From: Phallusia mammillata
Taxonomy: Eukaryota
NCBI GenBank assembly: GCA_965637545.1
Contig: OZ281495.1
Coordinates: 21,824,001-21,888,000, forward strand
Reading direction: 5' to 3'
Length of the DNA stretch: 64,000 bases
Part shown: piece after piece, positions 35,101-48,872 of the stretch
Position numbering within the stretch: position 1 is the stretch's first letter
Layout of the letters: every line of letters begins with the position of its first letter
Made by a program: the position numbers and the translations under genes
Notes under the pieces: model-generated
Database searches by the model: none
What the model was told of the DNA's origin: nothing
Seen by the model: the letters and a program-made list of their open reading frames with translations, nothing else

Positions 35101-38100
35101 TTTTTGCATCGCAAAATTCGTGAATTCGCCAACATAGCCCCAACAAGCAAAGCAAACAAGGCGGCGTCAGCACTGCAGCACCAATCCCGACCGGTATTGG
35201 ACGGGGCGCGCCCAGATTAATCTACAGGGTTCCCAATATATAGCGCCAAGGTAGAAATCAGTGCAAGCGCGGACCTTCACTACTTCTTTACAGGACTTCT
35301 TTGACTGATGTTGGTAATCGAACCCAAATCAGATGTAGACAAGGCGCTGATATGCATCTAGCCAATTACTTGGCGACGTATAGGGCAATTTCAAGCGTGT
35401 TATTACAGCCATTTACCTTGTACTGCTTGCAGGGGGCGTCGTAATGTTATTTCGGCGACACAGAGATTTTTCTTGCCAAGTACGCACCGTTGGTGTACTG
35501 CGATTCAAGAAGGGGCTGTGATCACGGCAAGTGTGCCGCAGCGGGCGACGTCGCCATCAAGCGAGCTATAGGTTGTTTATTATGACACAAATGGTGGACT
35601 TCAACAGTCCGTCGTGCACGGGCTGGCGTTACGAGGGCGCTTCCTTGAAGGCCGAAATTGCCGAAGGTCGCTAAAATGAATGATTCGTTAGCTGCTCGCA
35701 AATTGGCCACCCGATTAATCATGATAGTGCCAAGTCAAACGATGTTTTGATCGCGACGGCGCTGTGATCCCGCTGACAGAAACCGGTGCACGAGATAAAA
35801 GCGGTAAATCGACTCAAATTGTTAGCCACTGTCCAGTGGTCGCCGGGACATCCATCAGCGTCCAATGGCCGCCATATTTCTCTTGCCGAGCGACCTTGGT
35901 CATTGAGCACACACGCTAATCCTGTTTTGCCTGGGGTGATAGGCATGTAATGCACGTGCGTAAACGTAAACGTCCCGGGTCCGCGCTCCATTCATCATTG
36001 TCATAATTCGATGGACAATAATAATAAACGAAGGTGACCTTGCGTTGGGACTTGCTTCGCGAGAACGTGCACCTCATCTTGCCACTACAAAACGGTTGCT
36101 TGTCGGAAGGAATGATTCATTGGCTCAGCGAAATTGACAAGCATCTGCAAAAATTCCACAAATTTGACGCTTCGGTCATGGATGCTTGTCCCTTTGCCGG
36201 TTAACCTTAGAGCTTCGCCCCAACAAATTGACCGCAGCCGATGCGAAATCGCTTGATCGTTCCATCTGGTGTAGCAATTTGCTACAGTGCGCTGACATCT
36301 CCAAGAGGATCTCGTTGTTGATGCGCACGTGAGAATATTAGTAAACATTAAGCTGAGGTATTTCAAAAGGTTAGCTTTCAATCACGAAGATTTAGCAGCC
36401 AGCCCGCATAGGATCGTGTTTTAGCGCATTTCAATCATATGCCAATGAGACTTCGCTCGCTGTTGTTTTAGAGCGCGAATTCTAAGGCAGACTCGGCGAG
36501 TAACAGTTCATTAGTATCGCTTCAACGCTATTTGCGTGCTTTAGTGGCCACGACTCGGCAGATCGTAGTGAAGTGCATTAGGGGGCTTACAACCCTCAGG
36601 CACTTCAAGAATCCGCACCCCATTTCTTGACCCAGGCGTCCAGGTCGACAAGGTGGCGACCTAAAGACACACAACCTTACGCACAAGGTGGACGCGCTGA
36701 CCACGCCTCCGAGTCCGGTCTGATTGACTTAATCTGACACACGGGTGTCAAAATTTGACCGCCTAATTACCAACTTTGTATGGGATATCACGCCTCATCA
36801 CATAAGCCCTGGTGTTTTTGGCAATTAGTGGTCAGGAAGCCTGATCCGGAAGATCGATAAGAGAAGAGTCCCCGATGCGTCCTGCGCTAAGTTAGGGGAC
36901 GTTCCGTGCTGAACAATTGAAACATACAATTACGCAATTTCAGAGCACCGCCGCACAGACGCAATGGTTGTTAGGGAAATAATTTCACTTAACGTGCTAG
37001 TTTGGACAGTAGATCCTACACTGAACGACAACGCCGCAGCAGTGTCCCCACCAGTTAGCAAACCAGTGAAACTTTAGGTGCAATTGGCTAAATAATAGAA
37101 GGAAGTTGTATCGGCCCGATAAACCGCACGATCGTGTACAGATTGAATTGTGGCAAGGCAATTATTAGTTTTACTATAAGGCCATTGTGCTCCTAAGACA
37201 GTCGCTTTGTAATCACACAGACAAGCATGTCAAGTCACTTGACGATGGTGTAATAATTGCTGCCTACACGCGTTACTTAAACAAGTGTTCTTCAAACGAC
37301 ATTATACGTTGTCAGTCAGTCAGAGCAGTGGGAAAACTACGCCGTACATAACTGTGCTGGATGGACCCGGTTCAGAGCCACACTTTGTGCCGTTCTGTTT
37401 GAAAAAGGTAGTCGCAAATGTGGCAATCAGTTTCCAAGTGGCGGTTTAACGTGGGAACGCAAATTTTATCGTGAATATTAAGCACGCGCATCCATTTTCT
37501 GCTTATCCAATCGGTGGTTAAACATACATCGTACGAATACATCAGGTTCCCGTCTATGGCGCTTCATAAACTATCCCAAACAAACAGAAAACTAAAACAA
37601 ACAGCGAAACTGGTTCGACAACACAATTATGTGATTAACGTCGGAGGTAAAAGTCAGTTCTTACGGCCCTTTGACGGGTAAACCAGACTTGCAATCGCGC
37701 AAGGAAGTGTGACTCGTGTTTAAAAGGTAATTATTGACCGTAACATATTAGTGACCGCTACGGACACACCGGACGGCAAAAACACGAACGGCTTGAAGAC
37801 ACTTTGCCAAGTCGTAACAGGCCAATGTAGTTCAACATTAACTGCGTTTAATTCTGGCACAATGAGTAACACATCATCTCTTAAAACAGACACGATAAGT
37901 AGTTAATAAACTGTTAGACACACACATAAAATGATGGTGATAATCGTGCGTTTAGTAAGCTCTAAAAGATGATGATAGAAGTTTAATGCTAACTAAACTC
38001 GACATGCGTCATATTTGGTTATTACACCTGACCTCATTTTGGGAAACATCGATTGCAAAGATAAATTTACCAAACCCTAACCACTTTCCGCGGCGGATCG

Positions 38101-38755
38101 GTTCATTGTCGCGTGTTATTTGACGTTGTCAAGGGATAGGCATTGTTTTCGAATATCAATAGAGCCCAGTTTAAAATCCTCATCATTCGTGCGACCATTG
38201 TTGGATCCAACGTTTCGATGTCAGAGTCGCAGGTCAGTCCATACCATGAAGCGCGTAAGTGATGCGCTTTTAGTCTAAAACCGCCAAACGCACGATCATA
38301 CAAACGAATCGTTAATTTGCGGCTAAGAATCAGACACAAAATCAATGGAAATCGGTTAAAAAGAGCCCATTCACAAAGCTTGGAACACAATCATTCGCAC
38401 GACCCTCTGCAAACAACCTTGCGATGTCATCATATTTGCACAAATGAGCACAAAATGTTCATGTGTTTATTGTGGCGCCCGTGTGAGTCTATATTGATTC
38501 AACGGAAGTACAACCGGGAGTTACTGGCAATCGACGACGCGAAATCGTTCCGGGCAGCGTTGTATGGTAATTCGCTTTAAAAAACAACACCAAGCTTGAA
38601 CCTGTAAGTAAAATTATACCCGTGCAAATCGGAATTTGATAAATTTGCCGAAAATGTGAGTTAATAAGTATGTAGGAGCACATTACACGAGCGGCGCTTT
38701 ACTATTGAGCAGACCGCCTAGTGGCCGCGACGTCCTTTTTCGCAATTTCTCTTCG

Positions 38756-38878
38756 GTAAGTGGACACGCTGCAAATTATTTATGTCTGTGACTAGACGGT
38801 TGTGTTCAACAAGTAGAAGTTTTTAGTTTTCTAACGTATTTCTAAGCCACGAAAATTCAGGTTGAATTTTGTTTGCAG
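38756..38878 (+). other. Probable 5'-UTR intron of Bmp2/4 (123 nt)
   Basis: Donor G|GTAAGT at 38756 and acceptor TTTTGTTTGCAG| at 38878, 137 nt upstream of the ATG. Confidence 0.55.
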
Positions 38879-39015
38879 ATATTGTTTATCTGAAAGACAA
38901 TTTACCGGTTGTGTGGAACTGAGGATGCGTAGAAGCGAGCAGAGGTAGCCACCGGGAAAAAACGACCTCTGCAAAAGTTCGTTTGGAATATATTTCGTTG
39001 TTTTACAACACAGTG

Positions 39016-41336
39016 ATGATGGTGGCGAAAGCGAACTGTGTCGTTATCCTGGCTCTGGTTGTACACCTGCTTGTCGACTTGAGCTCAGGGCTTCTGTCGC
39101 AAATGGGCCGGGCCAATTTGCTCTCCCAGGCCGCGGAATACACCGGCGGCTCGAGGGAAGAAGAGGACGCCCTTGTAAGCGAATATGAAAACCGACTGCT
39201 CAATATGTTTGGTCTCACGCGGCGACCAAACCCTGCGCCCGGAACACAGGTGCCGCGAATCATGCAACATATGTACAAAGCGCATATGGGGGACACGTAC
39301 CGGTCCCAACATGGAATTACGGACACTTGGGAAACGGGATTCGATTTGCCAAGTGACGAAATTTTAAGCAGAGTCAACACGGCGCGAAGCTTCATGCATA
39401 TAGGTAAGGGTTTGAGAATTTTGTACCATTTATTGTAGGTCAGAAATTAGGCCGAAAGTGTGAAAAAAAAGAAGTGCGACAAACAAAGTTTTCAAAACAA
39501 AACAACAAGAAACATACAAAGATAATGAAATAAGCTATTGCTGCCAGGCATAATGTATGACCAAGTATTGCTCATACAAAGATAATGTTAAAAATGGTCG
39601 ATTTTAATGACCAGCATAAACTTTTGTGGACATTCGATTGTCTGTCACGACGACCCGAGACACCATAAGATACCACGTGACAATTACAACGGTGTCCGGA
39701 TTAATTAACAAAAGCCGAGGACATCCGCGGATTTAATCAAACGAAAATATCTTCTCCGGCTTAGGAGAGAGTAACAACGCAACGCAGTAAATAGATTTAC
39801 ATGACTTTTTAACCAGCTTACTACGGCCATACTTAACTGTAAAGATGCTGCGAAGTCTATGCAAAAACTGTGTAATAAACGGTAAATATGTACTTTGTGT
39901 AAAAGTCACCAACTAACTTTATCAGCGACTAAGTATATTTTGCCCGATTAACTATCATATTCTTTTCTTCAAACTGTACTAGTCAGCGAGACGCGCATGC
40001 GACCATATGAAGTTTAGGAGACATTACCAAACAGCACTGGTAATATGCACGTTGAGCGCCCAAAGGTCAACAAAGATAATAATAGCTGTTATGTGCTCTA
40101 TTCTTTAGAGTCTAAAGTTTAGACAGACACTGTTAATACAGTTTTTAGCGGCTCATAATGGACGCTTTAGTGTGATGTTATTTGTAGTAAAACATTTTGT
40201 CCTTTTTGTGGTAATTATTTGTCTTTGTGGGGTCAACAATAACAAACAGCGTAGTCATGCACTGCTCTACAACATTTTACTTGTATATCGTCTGAAGGAT
40301 GGATAAGACTTTGTGTAAAACTGACATTTTAGGAAAACAATGCTGTCATTATTTGTTTCATACTAATGCTGAAAGACATTTGTGGGTCAAACTTTTAGCT
40401 TCACATAAATGTTAACCTCTATTTGCTTTTGCAGATGACGACGAGTACATTCCCGGAATTCCCGACAATCACATTCGCTTGCGGTTCGACCTATCGCCGT
40501 TGCCTTCATCCGAGGTCGTCCACGCCGCCGAGCTGCTTCTGCATCGCGAAGCTGTCACGCGACACCTACCGGTGGATAGCGATCACGCTCACAGGATAAA
40601 CGTCTATGAGATTGTAAAAGCGCCACGTTCACGTAACGCCACGCAAGTTCATAGAGGAAGCGATCGCTCAGCTGCAGCGACAACAATTACGAGACTACTT
40701 GATACGAGGTTGATCGATAGCAGGAACAGCACCTGGGAAAGATTCGATGTGAGCCTGGCAACACTCAAGTGGACACAGAGCGAGCAAAACGCGAATCACG
40801 GTCTGCTGATTGAGATCGTGCGCGACGATGACGGTCAGGCGCCACACGGTGACAGCAAACGCCACGTTCGCTTGAAAAGAGACTTGCATACCGACATCAG
40901 CGATGATGAGTGGCAACATCGACGTCCACTGTTGCTAACGTACACAAATGATGGCAAAGCGACGTCATTATCCCGACGAAAGCGAAACGCAAAGAAAAAG
41001 AATCGCTCCAGGAAGAGAAGGCGACGGAATTGCCAACGGTACGGCCTGTACGTTGATTTTGAGACCGTGGGCTGGCATACGTGGATTCTTGCCCCACACG
41101 GCTACGAGGCACATTACTGTGAGGGGAGGTGTCAGTATCCACTCTCCGAACATATGAACACCACTAATCACGCTATAGTGCAAACATTAATGGGCTCGGT
41201 AAAATCGGACGTACCCAAGGCGTGTTGCGTGCCTACAGAGCTTGACGCAATATCAATGCTTTACCTGAACGAGTACGATCTAGTCGTACTAAAAACCTAC
41301 CAGGAAATGGTGGTTAAGGCGTGTGGATGCCGCTAG
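39016..41336 (+). CDS. BMP2/4: Bone morphogenetic protein 2/4 (Dpp orthologue), 429 aa, 2 coding exons
   Basis: Exons 39016-39403 and 40435-41336, phase 1 (1290 nt). Signal peptide; prodomain motifs [17 protein letters not shown] and [11 protein letters not shown]; mature domain [20 protein letters not shown] and [17 protein letters not shown]. Confidence 0.97.
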
Positions 41337-42113
41337 AGGAGGCACTGTGCTGTGCGATATAAAATCAGCACAAGATGTTGTTACAAGTCAAATGGGTGAT
41401 ACTTCACATACGGAAGATGTGATGATCGGTCAAACGTACCGAAGGAGCTTCAGGTGGAAACGAAAAGACTAGCGTGGTTTGTTCCAAAAACCCGCAAATC
41501 CTAACACTTCATTCAAGTCTGCAAAACATATTCGCGTCCGTGCCCCTTTCATACGCGCATTTCTTGCCAAACGACAGGGTACATGCGCTTCACCGGTTTA
41601 CTTCTTTCTACACTACCTCCTGTCAGCAAGGGTACGGTCAGGTCGAATAATCGCATCACAAATCCTTTTTAGGCACTTGCATTACTACCGGAATACTGGA
41701 ATAAGTTTCGTAACAAACTTTGTCATATTAAGTTCCTACCTGGCCAGTGTCAAAATTGTGGCCCAATTCTATTTTTTATTGTCTGTCAAATCGCATCGAT
41801 AAAAATTGCATTCCATATAACTTATTTATTATTCTGAGAGCCCTGCAACGAGACACAGTGTCATTTTGTAATGCGCAAAAGCTCATATATTTATTGCAGA
41901 CGCCAATGAACGCGTTTGTATCCAGGCAAAAAGACGAATCATACAGATCGTTTTCTGTATCCATTTCATTATGATCAGCCATTAACATGTTGCTAAAACG
42001 AAGCAAAAAGTCAGTGCACGAAATGTAAACTTGCCAGGGATGACAAAATCGCTCAGTGGACCAATTCACCATGACCCCGCTTCGACGCATTGTCAGATCG
42101 GCCTCCTTAGTCG

Positions 42114-42182
42114 CTTGTTTGTCGGCCCGTCACTTCGAGGTGCAGATACCGGGACCTCGAAGTGACGGTCAATCTTCACAAG
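42114..42182 (+). other. Stem-loop in the probable Bmp2/4 3'-UTR
   Basis: Perfect 15-bp stem CCGTCACTTCGAGGT (42127-42141) / ACCTCGAAGTGACGG (42154-42168) with a 12-nt loop. Further pairing CTTGT/ACAAG. The first AATAAA after the Bmp2/4 stop is at 42237-42242. Confidence 0.5.
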
Positions 42183-45100
42183 GCTATTACGTAGGCTCGG
42201 TTCCCGCACGGAGTTGTGACACTGAAAGGCTCGTTAAATAAATATTTTGCGTTTCAAAATGTTTCGCTAAATCACGCGGCCCTTTCTCTTGCTTGAGAAC
42301 TGGGCCGGGTTTCGGGAATGCAGCCCTTGCCACACCTTCAACGCGGCTCACATCATACACATACATTAGCCATCCATATTAAAAAGTCCGGACTAAAAAT
42401 AGCATGAGAACCAAGGCGCCGTTACACAAAGGGCTCAATTGACGGTAATGATTTAGCGCATCCCATAATTATTTCGTTACTCTTGTATTGCAAAATGCAA
42501 GCCCTTTACTTCAACTTGTTTTTTTTTACTTATTTTTCCCGCTGTTGTTTTCATAATTTTTTATGGTTTTTCTTTCGTTTACGCATTGATAACGAACTTA
42601 CAACTTTTAAATGCTTTTGTTTTTCTAATTTTTTCCTATTTATGCGTCTGTACAAATAAACTTCCAAAGTTTCTTTGATTTCTGAGTCGGTGGTTTAACG
42701 AATCAACCAAAAAGTTTTTTTTAATGTATCAGGAACAAAGATTTCTTTGACAGTTGGATTAGCCATAATGTCCAGCGGTACCTGTTGTTTGTCAAGTTTA
42801 GGCTACACACTGCAACCAGCTGTGAAAATGTAGCTCGTCAGACAACATAACCACAGAGATCACAGCAGGCCATGAGCACGTGTGCTGACACACCTTTCGG
42901 CGGTTTGCCGCTTGGTGCGCAAACTGCTTTGCGGTCACATCTGAAAATGCTAATCCTATGTAACCGCCACATGAAACAAAATGGCCATCGGGCTTGAGTC
43001 ATACTGAGCTAAATATGCGTTAAAAAGCAATACGTTTTGACATAACATGTACTGGAATACATTGTAAACAGCAAGGCGACGACAGTGATTAACGGCATTC
43101 GCCCTGACAAAAAGCGAAATTCACAGGTGCTTGGTCCGTTGAAGTGATATTGAAACAAGACGTTTCGCAGTAAGATCTCGGCACACAACTGACAATTTCC
43201 TCGTTAATCTGCTGATGAAAAGTCAACGCCTACCGATTACGTTCCCCACTGCGGAAGCAAACATTAGGCGTTGAGCTAATAAGGACAGGTGATCAGAAAA
43301 ATAACAAGCTCCCCGAACAATGTGATTTCACACCTGATACCACACAGGGAGCGGGGTTGATTGTCATCCAATAACACCTCAAATCCAATGGCATATGCTT
43401 TGTTTACAGTTTATTTCTATGCGTTCAGATAATCGGGTAATGGCATCACGTCAAACATCGGGGTCTAATACCACAGTCGCCACAGCTGCTAATGAGCGGA
43501 TAACATCAAGTATCTGTACCTTGGTGTGAAAATTGCCATCTTAAAAGCCATAAATTAACAATGCACCTTTCTCGCATCTTCTCCTCGCGTGCAGTTCGGT
43601 TATAGATCGCGTGCGACCTTGTCGGCTTTAATTAAAACGTAACGTAACGTCACGCGAAGCATTTCATTGAACTCCCGGTGCAAGTTGGAGCATCTTTGCG
43701 GTATATGTCAAACGTTCGCATCATGAGATATCAATTCCGGGCGTCTAAACATATTCCGGCCATTCCGTGCACCCACCAAAGCACAAATTAAATCGTGGCT
43801 TAAACTTGACCATGTGCGTGACAAGAAATCATGCACGATGAGGAAACCTGTTTGTACACTACTTTATAGATGTTTCAAATCATCCACGACAGCTACAAAT
43901 CAGTTTTCAACTGAGCGGTTATTCGGGGGGACCCTTTTTTCAACAGAAAGTATAAAAGCGTTATTCTTACTTAGCATTGTCTGGGCGTCACGTTTTGCTT
44001 TCATGATCATATCCCCGCTCAATTACTTTATTTCAGGGCCGTCAGATTTCATCGGGCAACGTATCATCGCTACGTAAGCAGGTGACCCACCTTTCCCCTG
44101 TCACGCCTCATCTGTGTCGTGGCGTCAATACAGCTTGTGTCTAGTGACGACATTTATAAACAGATACGACAATTTGATCCTATTACCGCACATTGTGTGG
44201 CATAATTATGCAGAATTACCTGTGATCAGGACATGTCACCTTAAGGTGTCATTTTAAAACAGTGACTTGAAGAATACAAAAGTATTGGTAACAGAGGTAT
44301 TATAGGTCAAACTGGCCGACCAATCTGGATCACGTCATCGTGTTACATAGTTCTCGCAATTATCCTGGAATAAATTCTGAACGGTGGTTTAACTGATTAT
44401 GTCACAGCACAAAATAGTACCCTGTGGCTTGGAACGAAGTGGAAATAAATTTTACATAAATTCCAAAGACTCTTGGTTTCAGAACACAACGGATAAATAA
44501 CATCTGGTAACACATTTTCCCCACGAATTAAAACCCAACCACTTTGTTTTGACCTTTCACCCAGAAATATAGTTTTCGGTTCCTACATTTAGGTCAAGCT
44601 CGTCAGCTTTTTGCAAAGTGAAAATTCTTTGGAACAGAAAGAATCAGTCAACGCCTAAAGTAATCAAAACGTAGAAAACATTAGCGTGTTGATGGTAATC
44701 CGCGAGAACTTCCGACAAAGCCATCTCGGTTCACTACATTTAGCAAAAACTCCAAGTCGTTTATTTAACATCTGCACAAAGCCCGTGTTTCGCAAAAAGT
44801 TTTTCAAATATGCGGACACACATGAACCGTGGAACCAAATGACCAGCGCTAAAGAGGTTACCGGACTACATTCGCCAGTCAAATGTAATAAGCAATGAGC
44901 CTGCACCTCCTGGGGTCAAAATCTGCCCGACCCCGGTTAAAATCCTTGTCGCAAGGTCAAGTGTGTCAATTCGACTCCAAGACCCAAAGGTGACGAAAGA
45001 CATATGTCACTTCTCATTTCAGGACCCTTCGAGTTTGTTAATTACCCCCCTATTCAAGTAAAATATAACGTTAAAACTAAAAACAATTTTAAATTCTTGA

Positions 45101-47249
45101 TTGAATGGGAACGATCTGTTATGTTGGAAATTTATTCACAAAAATTGTGGGCGCTGCATCAACTTAACTAAAGAATAAAAGCATCCCTGATACACAATGT
45201 TTGAACTGTTAGGGCCAATGAAGAGTGCGCCTGGGCGTAGGACAACACACCAAGGTCCAATAAAACTTGCGGACGTGAGAAAGGAGCGAAGGAATTTTCT
45301 GATATAGCCAAGGCCGCGAGTGTGAGTGACATTCACACCTGTATTTTGCCTCGGCGTGTGGCGCGTCTAAAGTCTCCTGCATTAAAGCGCGCCCTCTTTT
45401 AAACTGACACGAACGATTTGTTGAGACACTTGAAAAGGTATTTGTTATATTATCTGTCCTGTTTAACACGCTGGAATGAACGTGTCGAGTGTGGCCATCT
45501 AAATAGTGCCTGTGTAAGACCTGCAGTCTTGTGTCTTGGCACGACATGCTCAAGGTGACCATGTGTGGTCCTATTGCGCTCAATCAATAACACTTTAAAA
45601 ATAACCCAGTCATATTTTTGTTCTACTTTGGTGAATTATCAACGTATATGATGACACATTCTTGGCATACGAGTTTGGTGAAGGTGTATTTTGATTCCAG
45701 GCCGATTGCACTGAGCCCTTGGGAGGACATACACATGCTCTGCTATAAAAACAAGGTGCCAACAAAGCGGCTTTAGTTATAGCCTGAATTCTTTAATATC
45801 AGTGATATGCGCAATTAGCGTGGGTTCACAAAATCTGACGACTTGCAATTTCAGCCTTATTTGTTAAAAAAATCGTTACAGTTACAAAATCCATAAGCCG
45901 GCAACCACCAACAATCCTTTCCTGTACACACAAAAAAAACATAATGCAGGTTAATCTGCGGGCAAACACTGTCCCCGGTGAACCGACGGGGACCCCAAAA
46001 TGCGGGTGGCCGCCGTCGACCGGATTGTTAACCAATCAATCAGTTTCCCGTCGCCCCTTCGAATCGACAAGATAATGTACGGCCCTGTTTACATATATTG
46101 CTCCTCATTGGTTTATGTCGATCTGTTTGCCTAGATAACGACGTGGCATGCGATAAGGCGATCGAGTCTCTCCTGCGTTTCCGCCGCCGGGGCGTGAGGA
46201 AGATGGATCACGTGATCGGGATCGCCATGCGGCGCGACGCCAAACACCGGGAGAATTTGGAAGTTATTTGCCGAAGCTGTGCAAACCACAGTTCAAGAGA
46301 AAGCTGGCTTACATGGCCAAAAATGTGCTACTGGATATAACGCTGCTGTTAAAAAACGATTTTATGTTTGCGAAACATGCTCAAGTACCATCTCTTGGCA
46401 GAGCAAACGTCGCAGGTGACTTCGGTAACACGAGCGGTGTTAGGTAATGAGAATCGGCGAACTACATATTCCGACACATGTAATTGTTGGTCATTTGTCT
46501 GTTACCTAAAAACCACAGGAGATGGCCTAATAAGAACACCTGCACTGGGGTCTGCCAGCAAGCGGATGTAGCAAGTTTAGTTCCGTGCAAGCGGAAAATG
46601 TCAGTTAGCTTGTGGCGGGACTGAACTTAGCACGACACTGAAAATATACATTCAAATTTTGATTTACTGTTATGTGCTAGTAAAGATTTATCTCATAACA
46701 AAGCTGAAAAATCAACTATAAGGTGAAATAACTATCGTGCGATCAACGCTGTGTACACAATGTTCTCACAACGCGCCTAGTTCAAAGGTACAGCCAGTCT
46801 TTCATCTGGATTCATTGTTTTCATAAATGTTTGTCACGCAACGATATTACAACAACATGAGCGTCCCGGATACGAGAATGAATTTGTATTTTCCCCCACT
46901 TAAGCACATAATTTATACAACCTGTGTTTAAGAAAACAAACTAACAAGAAAAATTGAATAAGCACCATTAGGTGTTTTCTGTACTGACACCGATTCATGA
47001 GAACAGCGGGCATGACCCCAAAGCACTCCCATCATTAATTCAACGCTCGCTAGCACTTTTGCCAGCGAATCAGAAATCAGATAAATAATTGCACGCGTCG
47101 GGCGAGCGTGGATTCGAATTATCTCGCTACGTCAAATACATTAACTGCGAATAAATGCGGCCGCCACAAGGTCAAGTCGTACCTCATCATACATGCAAAC
47201 GAATGGACGTTTTTTGTTTAAGGATTAAATGCACTTCAGTGGTTGAAAA

Positions 47250-47960
47250 TCTGCCTTAGCTTTGTGTTACAGCGCCGCAGAATACTGTGCTTCGACATGG
47301 GAACGTAGTACTCACACTAAAAAATTGGACATCCAACTGAACAGAACAATGCGAATAATATCAGGAACTCTAAAATCCACCCCTATTACATGGCTACCAA
47401 CAATGAGTGCAATACCTCCCCCACACTTACGACGCAGAGCATCAGCTATGAAGATGATACAGAATCTTCAAACACTTCCCGAGGAAATTCCCCTCACCAA
47501 AATTATAAGACAAGCACCAAAAACACGTAGACTAAAATCCAGGCATCCAATCTACAACTTAGAGACTGACAACACTTTCGATATGACTGAAAAATGGAAA
47601 CAATATTGGTTTAATAACATGCCCGCTGGAGGAGAGCTAGTAGACGACCCAACAACTCCACTGCCAGGTTTCGACTTAGCACATAGACGTAACTGGGTAG
47701 CAGCGAACCGACTGCGATCAAAACACGCTCGCACTGCCCACATGCTTCAACGCTGGGGCGAAAGAACGAGTTCGGAATGCCCTCACTGTGGGGCAGATAA
47801 GCAAGACACCGACCATCTTGTCCTAAAATGCCCCACAACCAAGTTACAAGGTGGATATCGGACCGTACATGAATGCGATACAGCATTTAGCGACTGGTTT
47901 CAAAATATATCCGATCACATCTAAGTTTTTTTGAGACGTGGAAACCATACGACAATATAT
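47250..47960 (+). mobile_element. 5'-truncated Ingi/Vingi-type non-LTR retrotransposon (3' end of ORF)
   Basis: Open frame SALALCYSAAEYCASTWERSTH...RIISGTLKSTP...LPGF...NRLRS...CPHCGADKQDTDHLVLKCP (CCHC knuckle), stop at 47924. Perfect 12-bp TSD AGTGGTTGAAAA (47238-47249 / 47961-47972). Confidence 0.9.
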
Positions 47961-48619
47961 AGTGGTTGAAAACAACAAAAGTGGCCCTATATGTTGCCTG
48001 GACGTTTAAGCACAGTAATTGGCATGTAAACTTGAACAGACATGAAATTGTATTGATTTGATGCGCTGCAGCTGAACACAATTGTGGTGATGAAAGACGA
48101 ATTAGACAGATTGATGCGAGAACCGCGTCAGGCAAAGTTCATTGACCGAGATGTCAAGTCGACCACAATTCGACAACGATGATAATTCAACAAACCAATT
48201 TGCATGTACCCTTAACGGACACAAAGTTATGCATAAAATTATATATTTATGGGTCCCCTTCCTTGAAGGGGACACATCTTGATTTTACTCGATTTCTTTT
48301 TTTTTTTTTTCTTTTTTTTTCTTCTTTTTTTTTTTCTTCCCTGAAGTTTGTCCACCCCATTTTGCCCTGAAATGTTTGATGGATTTGGATGAAACTTTCA
48401 CAGATGGTAGATATAGTTGTGTAGATGTGCCATCTGCTTCGTTTGTCATGATAACCCCAGTATTTACCCCGCTAGACCCCAAAATGTAAAATGTGGTTTG
48501 TGCGCACCACAAACGTTAGTTTTGTGTGATGTTATAAAGACAACTACATATGGTACTCATGTTTAAGGATTGCTTGGTGAACGTGTTTGCGGATAGCAGT
48601 CAAGGGGGTTGTTCACAGC

Positions 48620-48838
48620 CTTGTGACGTCATAAGTCATTAGGTTGTTTGTTAAAACGCCCCCTAGTGGTCAAAATTGAAACATTGGCCAATTTGGACAA
48701 AATTTTACAGGATTGTTGTTTGGGTCATCTTGTGACGTCATAAGTTATTACGGTTGTTGGTTAAAACGCCCCCTAGTGGTCGAAATTGAAACATTGGCCG
48801 ATTTGGACAAAATTTTACAGGATTGTTGTTTGGGTCAT
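48620..48838. repeat. Tandem repeat, 2 x about 110 bp, each copy carrying a CTCF-like motif
   Basis: Copies start at 48620 and 48729. CGCCCCCTAGTGG occurs at 48657-48669 and 48767-48779. Confidence 0.9.
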
Positions 48839-48872
48839 TGCAGTTTCATATTTTCAACATTAGGGTGAAGAA

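Noticed and set aside
39821-39832. CTACGGCCATAC, matching the 5' end of 5S rRNA
   Set aside because: The match stops after 12 nt and there are no internal A/C boxes.
42030-42182. HDV-like ribozyme fold using the 15-bp hairpin as P4
   Set aside because: P3/L3 spacing does not fit and the catalytic C position would be T. No hammerhead core was found at the CTGANGA sites I checked.
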